A stretch of DNA of 64,000 bases. Origin: Mobula hypostoma. Its lineage: Eukaryota. Within the stretch, counting starts at the first letter, position 1; every line of letters begins with the position of its first letter. The position numbers and the translations under genes were made by a program. Below are positions 54,083 through 64,000 of this stretch, piece by piece. A model generated the notes under the pieces. It ran no database searches, was not told the DNA's origin, and saw nothing but the letters and a program-made list of their open reading frames with translations. The DNA is taken from positions 84,880,001 through 84,944,000 of the forward strand of contig NC_086097.1 in the NCBI RefSeq assembly GCF_963921235.1. Reading direction: 5' to 3'.

Positions 54083-54445
54083 GTTTCAAGGGTTCACTTT
54101 TATTATCAAAGCATGTATGCAGAATACAACTCTGAGACTGGTCTTCTCCAGGTAGCCATGAAATACAGAAACCCATGGTAGTCATTGAAAGAAAAGACAT
54201 CAACCTACCTCCCCCCCAACACGGAAACAAAGAGAAACAAAACTCGCAAACATCAAGCCCCCAACCCCCCCTCTCTTGCACACAAAAAACTGACAGATTT
54301 CCCACGTGGAAAACACCAGCAAGAACTTCAGACCCCAAATCCCCAAATTCCCCAACCCCTCCCAGGCCCAAACAGCAACATTGTTCACCCATTGATTGGT
54401 AACAAGAAAGAAAACACAGAAAACTGAAGGAGACCATATCAACTA
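54083..54445 (-). mobile_element. LINE 3' UTR fragment within older CR1 debris
   Basis: ttttattatcaaagcatgtatgcagaatacaactctgaga tail, shared with 29150-29510 (plus). Confidence 0.55.
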
Positions 54446-55814
54446 CAGCATTATAAAAACTTTGTTATAATCTACCGAACATGGCTTGAGATTAGCAAAT
54501 GTACATTAAGAGCCAAGGTAGGAAAATTACAGTGGAGAAAAAGGGAAGACTTAACTATTCAGCCTTTGTCGGAGACAAATAGAATTCAAAGAAAAAAAAC
54601 AAAGGTAACCAGGGTCAAATGTGTATGAGGGATTGATTGTAATCAATACGTAGAATGATAGATCATTGAAACTGTGAGAAACTAGATGAAAGATCCGGCT
54701 GTACAAATTATCAGGGAGAACTTGGCTATCAGATTTTTTAAATTCTGGATTCCACAAGCAGGTTGCTGAGCGTGCATCTGGCTTGGAGGCCGCATGGTGT
54801 GGAGCTGTCCTTGTTCCTTATGCTCACATCTTCTGTCTGGCATTGTGGACCCAGCCAAGGTTATGGACAGTGTTCCAATATTTTCATTCAACTACTGGTG
54901 TAGAATTCAAACTGATTATTTTCTCTGCTGGCGATGACTGTCAGTCTGCTAAAACAATGAACCAACTATCCATATCCTAGGCCCTGAAGTAGGCAACAAA
55001 GGCTCCAAGATTACAGAGAGATCTTCTCCTTCCACTTGTTTCCCTTCCCATCCAAATAATGGACGCAAACTCTTAACTCCTTGCCACAAACCAACCCCTT
55101 ATTTTGTAAAGCAGAAGTAATTTTGCCACTAACTGTAAAATTGACTGATCTTTTCACTCGAAGATTTGGAAGAGAAATTGCCTTTGCTAACAGACCAACT
55201 TCACCTTGTTATCCCTTTGATGAGCTCCTGCTTGTCTCCCAGATCTAGAAATTGTTTCTACCTCTTTGACGATGCTAATAATTACAGCTTTGCAAGTAGA
55301 TTGAAATTCTTTGCCCCTCGTGAATGAGCTTCACAAAGTAGACCAAGATCTAAATTAAATCTGGCACTTTATTGGGTACATCAATATTAAAGTTTGACAT
55401 TTGCACTTTCTTTCACATATCCATTTTTTAATTAAAATCTGACCCTCACAGGATTCAGCCTGGATTATATATGTTCTCAATGAAGGTTGTTTTCACACAA
55501 CTAATTTGGAAATGTATACTGAAGTGCAAGTTGGTTGTAAACATAGTGAGGAGAGATATTCATGAGGCACGATGGCATGATAATAAAATGCTAGTGAATG
55601 TAATTTAAATACACTGAATGTGCAACATGCCCGATGACTTCTGGCACTTTTTTCTTAAAGATAAGAGGCTTCAGGTCAGAAGTCAAGTCGAGTCAAGTCA
55701 AGTCAAGTCAAATTTATTTATAAAGCACATTTAAAGACAACCCATGTTGACCAAAGTACTGTACAAACCATAACAGGTAGCTAAAATCACAAAAACAATA
55801 AACACAGATATAAA

Positions 55815-56043
55815 CAACACACATAAAAGTTGCTAGTGAATGCAGCAGGCCAGGCAGCATCTCTAGGAAGAGGTGCAGTCGACATTTCAGGCTGAGACCC
55901 TTCGTCAGGACTAACTGAAGGAAGAGTGAGTAAGGGATTTGAAAGTTGGACAGTCCTAGAGATGCTGCCTGGCCTTCTGCGTTCACCAGCAACTTTTATG
56001 TGTGTTGCTTGAATTTCCATCATCTGCAGAATTCCTGTTGTTT
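55815..56043. mobile_element. Fold-back Penelope mini-element inserted in the L2 3' UTR
   Basis: Inverted arms 55815-55868 / ~55955-56007. ACAGATATAAACAACA at 55804-55819 and 56044-56059. Confidence 0.88.
55877..55912 (-). ncRNA. Minimal type I hammerhead ribozyme motif (best-preserved copy)
   Basis: Minus strand AGUC-CUGACGA-AGG(GUCUCAG)CCU-GAAA-UG-UC/GACU: both catalytic boxes, helix I, helix II and a GUC cleavage triplet. Confidence 0.7.
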
Positions 56044-56634
56044 ACAGATATAAACAACAAGGCACACAGCTTATAGGCACAAAATAAACAACACATGAGC
56101 CTAGACACAAGCCAAAAATCAGCCACCTCAGGAAGATTCAAACGCTAGTGAATAAAGGTAAGTTTTGAGCCTGGACTTAAAAGAGTCAATGGAGGGGGCA
56201 GATCTGATAGGGAGGGGAATGCTGTTCCACAGTCTATGGGCTACAACAGCAAAGCCGCGGTCACCCCTGAACTTAAATTTAGATCGCGGGACAGCCAGGA
56301 GCCCCAAGTCAGCCGACCTGAGGGACCTGGAATTAGAATAAGGGGTTAGAAGGTCTGTGATATAGGAGGGGGCCAGCCCATTTAGGGCTTTATAAACAAA
56401 CAGGAGAACCTTAAAATCAATTCTAAACCGTACTGGTAGCCAGTGTAGAGAGGCCAGGATAGAAGTAATATGGTCCCTCTTCCAGGCACCTGTCAGGAGC
56501 CTGGCTGCGGCGTTCTGGACCAGTTGCAGGCGGGACAGGGACGACTGACTAATCCCAATATATAGGGAGTTGGAGTAGTCCAAGCGGGAGGATATAAGGG
56601 CGTGGATGACTTTCTCGAGATCTTTGAAAGAGAG

Positions 56635-56815
56635 AAACACAGGAGATTCTGCAGATGCTAGGGCAATACACACAAAATGCTGGAGGAACGCAGCATGTCA
56701 GGCAACATCTATGAAAGTGAATAAACAGTCAAAGTTTCAGGCTGAATTTCTTCCTCAGGACTGGAAAGGACAGGGGGTGGTGGTGAAGATGCAAGGTGGA
56801 GGAAGGGGAAGGAAG
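56635..56815 (-). mobile_element. Penelope terminus fragment
   Basis: Family tail and degenerate hammerhead region. Confidence 0.75.
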
Positions 56816-57668
56816 TCAAGCTCGAAGCTGAAGTGTGTGTGTCAGCTGCTGCTAAGACTTATTTCTGGGAGGATTTCTGAGGGATTTCATTCGGTAACAT
56901 TTGCCAAGCTGTGTGTGAGAGTGTGTGCTTTATTCCGTGTTTCTATATGACAAAGTGGAAGAAAAATGTAGCTACTTTGATATTTAAAGAGGTATTTTGT
57001 CCATAAAGAGCCCTTTCAATTTTCTGCCAAGTTTTATATTTCAATCAGAATCTTACAGATGTTTTCTTTTTAGATACACCTGACATTGGCAGGATTATGA
57101 TGGTTGCATTAGTGTATAATAACAAAATGTCTGGTTACATATTGCCTGGCACCTTGCCTAGAAATTCTAGTGCACCGTAAAGCAAGTGGTAGAAAGGTAG
57201 AGAGATACCTGGCACTCAGTGTAGGATACCATTTGCATTTTGGATGGTTAGGGTGGCACTGTGGGGGGAGGTCTTGGTTAGTGGACAGGACAGAAAGAAG
57301 GTGAGGTTGGGGCCTGCAATTTGGGAAGTTGAGGGTTTGAAGGTGCAGGCGGGTGGGATTGCACCTGGTAGGATATAAAGTTAGGATTATAGATTTGGGG
57401 TGAAGATCAGGATTTGATAGGCATGGGGGTGTTGGACTGGTGCTACAGGAGAAGGTGCTTTGGGAACTAAGGACTTGAACAAAAAAAGATTCGCCTAACC
57501 TAGGTCCTAGCTTGGGACTGCACCAGGAAGACTAGGATGTACCAGGCTTGTCTATCAGTGGTTGCTCCCTGGATAATGTGGGCTAAATATCCCTGCAGAG
57601 CTCCAGACAATGTGTGGATGGGAATGAAACCAACGTATTGTCCCTGACCAGGAAGTTGCATATTCTCT

Positions 57669-58625
57669 TACCAGCCTCCGCGTCCAGCACATAATTCTCT
57701 ATAACTTCTGCCTTCGGCAATGGAATCCTACCACCAAACACATCTTTCCCTCCCCGCCACTTTCTGCTTTCCACAGGGATCGCTCCCTATGCTCTTTATT
57801 TCACTCCCTTGCCCTCTGATCTCCCTCCTGGTACTTATCCTTGCAAGCAGAACAAGTGCTACACTCGCCCCTACACCTCTTCCCTCACTACCATTCAGGG
57901 CCCTAAACAGTCCTTCCACGTGAGGTGACACTTCACCTGTGAGTCTGCTGGGTGTCATCTACTGTATCTGATGCTCTCGGTGAGGCATCCTGTTTATCGG
58001 TGAGACCTGACATAGATTGGGAGACCGCTTCACCGAGCACCTATGCTCCATCCGCCAGAAAAAAAAACCAGTGGCCACTCATTTTAAATCTACCTCCCAT
58101 TCCCATTCCAGCATGTCAGTGCATGGCCTCCTCTCCTGCCGTGATGAGGCCACACTCAAGTTGGAAGAGCAGCTCCCTTATATTCTGTTTGGCTAGCCTT
58201 CAACCTGATGGCATGAACATCGATTTCTCACACTTTCAGTAATCTCCCCACCCCTTCGCCATTCCCCATTCTCATTTCCCTCTCTCACCATATCTCCTTA
58301 CCTGCCCATCACCTCACTCTGGTTCTCCTCCCCCTTCCCTTTCTTCCATGGTTTTCTACCAGATCAGATTCCCCCTTCTCCAGCCACTTATCTTTTTCAC
58401 CAATCAACTTCCCAGCTCATTATTTCAACCATCCCCCCTCCTGGTTCCACCTATCACCTACTACTTGTACTTCTCACTCCCTCCACCACCTTGTACTCTG
58501 ACTTTTCATCTTTTGTGTCCGGTCCTGATGAATGGTCTCGCCCCAAAATGTTGACTGTTTAATCTTTTCCATAGATACTGCCTGGCCTGCTGAGTTCCTC
58601 CAGCGTATTGTGTGTGTTGCTTGGA
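57669..58625 (+). mobile_element. 5'-truncated Penelope-like element (Cys linker, GIY-YIG, terminus)
   Basis: Homologous to 39437-40420 (PGTYPCKQNKCY; LIFCLASLQPDGMNIDFS). CTGATGA at 58525-58531. Confidence 0.88.
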
Positions 58626-60077
58626 GTGTGTAAGTGGCTTGCCCTGGGCACAACAGTCCCACACGTGTGTTTATAAGTGATGGTTGATTCCAATTGTGCT
58701 TCATAAACTGAACTGTATGTCTGCCATCTGTTCACTACATTGGTTAAGAATACTCACAAACTGGAAATATGTTGTTATAACACTGAAGCAAAAAATAAAA
58801 TATGTAAAAGACTGAAAAAAGTGAAAATTTTAATGTTCTTATGAAAGAATTCAGCATTGGTTCCTCAATGATTTACAACATTAAATCATAAATTGCAAAG
58901 CTTAGAGAGTTCTTCCTAAATTCAGAGAGAGATAAAATGCACTTTGACAATTTATTTAAAAAATTATACATAGAAAACTAGTGTGTAATGCACTATAATT
59001 TTTTTGGAGCAATTATCATCCAACCACCATTTTTGTGCAGCTTGCTCCCTCATTCCCACGGGCACCAGGGATGACTTTGAGTGAACTGTGATCGATTTGG
59101 ATGCACAGTCCTGACGCTTTGAGCCAGGAGTAACTTCAAAGAGGTTGCAATCCACGCATTCACTTGCTGACAGAAGCTCAGGCCCTATCGACTCTTCTGA
59201 TTGGACGGAAGAAATCTTTTGATGCAGTTGAGAGGAGAGTAAAGATCTTACCTGAATGTTCTGACTCGCAGTTATCTCTCTTATATCGGGGTGCTTAGTT
59301 CACTGTCATTTGTTGTGCTCGCTGTGTGCATAATAATGTGGTGTCTCGAACACGGTTGGTGGCGGCTAAGTAGGAAGATACTGTTAAGGGAAAGGTGTAG
59401 GTTGTTGGAATTAACTGCCTTAAAGGATCGTGGACTCTTGAGTGTACTCAGTGTTAAGATCAATAGTTTTGGGCATCATGAGGATGAGGTAAGAAAGTGG
59501 ATGGAGCACAGAATCAAACATGATCTTATTTACCCACTCCTGCTTCTATTTCTGTTTGAAATGCCTTTATACTCACTGGGATTGGGAAGATGTTACACAA
59601 TACAAATCATGGTTTTCTGCTTGCAGGGCATGGATATATGTGTATAACGGGGTTTGTGATTATATTGTTAACGACTGCTTATGAAGCTAAAGTTCAAGTC
59701 TGCATAAAATCTCAATCTTCATAGCACTGTACAAATCAGGTATAAGCAAAATAGCCTCACCTTTGCCAAATTTACTCTTACAGTCTGTGAAACAAATCAT
59801 GCCTACTGTATTTTTACTGTGGTTATTCCTTATTCCCACTGTAGTCTGTTGGCAGAATGTTAATTTTCCTTATATAATCCCTCCCAGTGATTGTTATTTC
59901 ATTTATGATTGCTTTCAGTGGTCATAGTTTTCCATTAAGCTTGCTTAGTTGCATAGGAATAGAAACAATGAAAAGGTTAATGAACAGAAAATGGATGTGT
60001 CCAAGGGTAAAGCAGCCCATTTGTAACTCAGAGATACAGGACTGGAATATTGTATTTTTACCAATTTCTCCTTCTAG

Positions 60078-60215
60078 AACTTCGGTTTTCTAATAAAAAT
60101 AATCCTTTGACCTTCACTGACATCAGTAAGCGTGGACGAACCGGGCAGCCTTATATTCTGCTTCGCAGACGCATTGACGAAACGATATTCTGTAACCGTC
60201 ACTATGGTAGACAAG
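60078..60215 (+). other. Candidate spliced exon (138 nt) of an unidentified host transcript
   Basis: Acceptor tttttaccaatttctccttctag|, donor AAG|GTAAGA, a single open frame (phase 1-1), 9 CpGs, no repeat similarity recognised. Confidence 0.55.
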
Positions 60216-61031
60216 GTAAGAGAATAAGGGGCTTACAAGTACTTCTGTAGCTGGCTACAGTGTAGTTCACTTCGTAATGAATGTGACAATACAAACATCG
60301 ATCATATGGATCTGTGACTGAGGAACACGCTTGTTCAAATTTTTGCTTTGTTTTGCTTGATGAAACTGGTTTGCAGCCTGTAACAGAAAGAGCACACAAT
60401 TCAGATTGAGTGTGAACTACTAGGCTGGTGAAAGCTGTTAACGTGGAGTTATATCCTCTCTACTGGGCTGATTGTAATTTTAAGCTAAGAGTATTTTCCA
60501 CACTTTCTTTGCCATTTAAAACAATGTTGAAAAATAATTTCTAATTTCTGTGTCTCTAAGTAACATTTGATAGACTTTGTTGGTGAATATTGGTAGCTCA
60601 GATTGAGGCGTTTGATGTATCTGTGTTTGCTGATTTTGGCAATTAACTTGCAGACATTTCATCACCAGTCAAGCAAAATGCCAAGCTTGGAAAACACTGC
60701 AACATCAAAGATCTTCCCTCGTTCTATTAATGGAGTGAATTTCGTTCTTATGAACATGGCACACCTTTTTTTTGTTTCTCATGTTCATATGAGTCTCACT
60801 TGTCTTTAGACTCATCACTCTCGCTGTTCCATCCTCTTCCAGACATTTGCTAGGTCCAGTCCTTACTTACATCAACTTCTTTTTTTCTCAGGGTCTATCC
60901 TCCTGCCCTTCATCACTGTTTTATTAAACCACTCATTATTCTTCATTCAACACTCAGGTGTAACCATATTTCCTCACAACATAGAAGGAGGCTATACAGA
61001 CCATTGAGTCAATGCCAGCTCACAGAACATT

Positions 61032-62281
61032 CTGCCTTTAACTTATGCAAATTAAGGCCATGCCCTAGAGGTGTGATTGGAGCACCAGAGCCAGCTGAGC
61101 ATTTGACTTCCCTGTCAAATGTTTTCTCTCTTTTCCTCTCTCCACATTGCACCATTGCCAAACTTCCTTTTCAGAACTTCCCTCCAACTTAATCTAAGTC
61201 CCCTGGCAACGACCATGAAGTCTTAATGCTACACACTGGAAATGGGTCATTTGGCACAACTCATTTGTGCCAATCAAGTTGCCTAACTGATCTAGTCCCA
61301 CTTGCCTGCATTTGGCTTCCTTGCTAAGGGAGATACGTCCTCCCTTTTAATCTTTCCATTATAAATATTTCAATTAAATCTTTTTTACTCCTTCATTCCA
61401 ATGTTAACATCCTTGACCTAACCAGTGTCTTCTAATAATAGCAATTCTCCAGACTTGGCAACATCCTCGTCAGTCTCCTCTGCACTCTCTCTATTACTTC
61501 ACATGTTTTGTGTAACGTGGTGACCAGGAACATACTCAATACTGTGTACTGTGGCCAAACTAACATTTCAGAAAATTACTTCATGACTTCTCTGTAGGTT
61601 GGTCAATAAAACCAGCTATCACCTATGTCTTCTTAACCAACTTATCCTTGTGTCCCGTAACTTGGGGATATACACTGCAAGATTCCTCTGTCTTTGTCTG
61701 ACTCTATACCCCTTGATAACCAAAATACATTTTTTCCTTTTATCAGATTTCTTTCAGATTAATTTCAGTGCCCTGTCCTTCTGTGGTGGTCACTACAGAC
61801 CCATACTCTACTCCTAGTTCTCTGAACTCTAACTCCATTGCTCATATTTAGCTAGTATGTCCTGTTCCATTGTTTTCTTTGGGTTAGTTCATTCATTATC
61901 TACTGCTGATCCAGACTGCCAGCAACTTCTTCAACTCTGTCTGTAATGGTGAATCGAACCACTTTTGGTAATAGACATTGAAGTCCCCTTGTTGTGTCCC
62001 TTTGCCTTTTAAGGCGCTTCTTCCAAGGGCTGGTCAACATGGAGGACTAACATAGTGGCAATTAGAAGGCTGTTTTCTTGCCTGTGTTTAACTTGATGTC
62101 TTTATAGAATTAGGACTCACAAGACTACTTCCATCCACTCTTAAATGTTGCATGCAACATCCAGGCTCTACATGAACAACATACATCTGCTTCCTTGACA
62201 GGGAAGTCAAATGCTCAGCTGGCTCTGGTGCTCCAGTCACACCTCTAGGGCATGGCCTTAATTTGCATAAGTTAAAGGCAG
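61032..62281. repeat. 87-bp inverted repeat (61032-61118 / 62195-62281), 86/87 identical
   Basis: Base-by-base reverse-complement comparison. The single mismatch is gtgtga[t/c]tgg. Confidence 0.95.
62261..62268 (-). promoter_or_regulatory. Canonical POU/Oct octamer ATGCAAAT (duplicate at 61045-61052, plus)
   Basis: Exact motif inside the inverted-repeat arms. Function not shown. Confidence 0.3.
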
Positions 62282-62758
62282 TTCACCTGCTTTGGATGTG
62301 TGCCTGCCCTGGGTAAGGACAACTTGGCTGAGCTAATAAGAAGTCCACCATCAGGTGGGCTTACAGTACCTCAGGTGGCATTTTACAACAGGCAGAAATA
62401 AATCATACAAGTTCTTAAGTAGAGTCGGAAACAGATTATTTGAAGTGTGTGGTCTATGATGCTGGTGGTGGTGGAGGCAGAAACTGAGGTAGACACTATT
62501 ATACCTTGTCTGTTCTTTCTGTGTCTTTTCCTTCTTCAATTTTTGTTCACTTTCTCTGCTTTTCTACAGGATTCGTGTTGAAATTGAACAAACTCGGGCG
62601 ACCCTGCATTCTTCTCACATTTTCGTTTTTCTAACAAGTCTGCAGACACTCACTTAGTCCATTTCAACCCTACTTCTCACCAGACTTGCTGCTTTCTGAT
62701 ACAAAGAACTGGAGTCCTTTCGAGGCCCGGGACAGGGGACTTTCATGCTATTATTCAT

Positions 62759-62761
<3 letters not shown>

Positions 62762-62795
<34 letters not shown>
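62762..62795. repeat. (CA)n microsatellite
   Basis: Perfect run followed by gcgtgtgtg. Confidence 0.95.
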
Positions 62796-62796
<1 letters not shown>

Positions 62797-62880
62797 GTGT
62801 GTGCGGGCATGTGACATAGACACACAAATTTCAAAATTCCTTTTTTTAAACACCTTTACCAAATTTTCTTGTGCTTTGTG

Positions 62881-63004
62881 CGGGACCCAACCCAGACCAC
62901 AGCAACCTCACGCAGGACCCGGCCGAGCCCTTGGCAACTCCATACAGGACCCAACCTGGACCATGGCAATCTCATGCAGGACCTGTACCAGACCTCGGCA
63001 ACCT
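62881..63004 (+). repeat. Diverged 32-bp tandem repeat, about 4 units
   Basis: Units start c(g/a)ggacc at 62881, 62913, 62945 and 62977 and share ggacc...gcaa. Confidence 0.75.
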
Positions 63005-64000
63005 GTTTTTAATGTTGCAGCTTCACTATGTTGGTGACTAAAGTGTTAGTGTACCTCGACTACTCCACACAGGAGGAAACTTGCATACCAGCAGTGGACT
63101 CAGTTCCTTGGTCAAACATGAACAGCCAAGGATTTAGGACTGATTGGCTACTATATTCTTCTACAGTGAAGTCGTGGGTTAGCTGTCTTAATAGAACCTG
63201 CAAGTAACTGTCACTGCCAATAATAAAAGAAAATAACTAAAATCACCAGGCCTAGAACACTCATGCTCTTAAAACATGTTTGTATTTAACTTGTACACAA
63301 GGAGAACAGCGTGGCTCCTGTCACCCACACTCTTCTAAAGTCTGAACAGAAAATAGCTATTTTTTATACAGAATCGGCTTATCAGTCATGGATATTGGCC
63401 ATTTAGTAAGTTCCTTATTTGCAAGATCAATCGCCATTCACAATAGAGGTGTTAAAAGTCAATCGAAACTTCAAACTGGCAGCTGATGATATTTTGAATT
63501 CAGTAAAGTAACTGTCCATTAGTTGTCGGGTGTGTTTCACATCCTTCTGTTATTCCTATCTCGAATTCCAGCTCCTCCTGTCGTGTAAAGGGAAATTATG
63601 TTCTTCTACATTGATTACATATTGCCATAGTCTTTCTCACCTATCTGTCTACAATGGGCAAGGTTGGCTTTAGCTGTCTCACTTCAAAGGTCTCCCTTGC
63701 CTGGGTTTAACTACACACTGTTGTAGTCATACTCAACTGGATGTTGCAATTGATCCTTGCCTGACCACAATTTACATACTGCATTCTTGAATCATGTTTG
63801 CATGCTGAATATCCCTATGATTTTTCTTTTCATATGTAAGAGTCTAAAGTCTGTGTAGTCCTTTTTTCCATCAATGTCATTGGATGTGTGCAATATTTCA
63901 AAATAGTTTTCTCAAAATCCCACTTACTGGACTATATCATTGCCTTTGACATTTAACATCAAATTGAATTTTATTTAACTAGAGGTGACTTTTGAGTAAA

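Larger units (their letters stand above)
55675..56634 (-). mobile_element. Young L2-clade LINE 3' fragment
   Basis: Uninterrupted VIHALISSRLDYSNSL...LQLVQNAAARLL...LHWLPVRFRIDFKVLL...FKSRLKTYLY. AATAAA and (TTGAC)n tail on minus. Confidence 0.9.

Noticed and set aside
57245..57540. G/T-rich strand-biased tract
   Set aside because: Low-complexity sequence with no definable unit or boundaries.
58964..59380. Minus-strand open stretch with splice-like sites (~59252, 59380)
   Set aside because: The putative exon has stops in all three frames and the peptide is unrecognisable.
59291..59647. 118-aa ORF with a hydrophobic N-terminus
   Set aside because: GTG start, no recognisable domain, and its donor at 59488 does not join the next exon candidate in frame.
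62881..63004. Regularly spaced 32-bp units, superficially CRISPR-like
   Set aside because: Head-to-tail diverged units with no unique spacers, no cas genes, and a vertebrate context.

Overview
Repeat-rich, gene-poor eukaryotic DNA, most likely intronic or intergenic sequence of a cartilaginous fish (inferred from HE1/V-SINEs, a DeuSINE, elasmobranch-type CR1 tails and abundant Penelope-like elements). No intact multi-exon gene, RNA gene, CRISPR array or prokaryotic system is visible, and nearly all six-frame ORFs are transposon remnants or chance. Contents: a decayed full-length Ty3/Gypsy element with both LTRs (45982-50880, minus); three candidate solo LTRs; CR1, L2, Rex1/Babar, RTE and HERO-like LINE fragments; Tc1 and mariner MITEs; a Chapaev3-type DNA transposon derivative; and about 13 clear copies of a Penelope terminus, most including a minimal hammerhead ribozyme motif, with three insertions built as inverted arms between 11-16 bp target duplications. 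Non-repeat signals cluster at the right end: a CpG-rich 138-nt exon candidate (60078-60215) and an 87-bp, one-mismatch inverted repeat carrying an octamer motif (61032-61118 / 62195-62281). Family names come from motif recognition, not database searches, and boundaries of old repeats are approximate.
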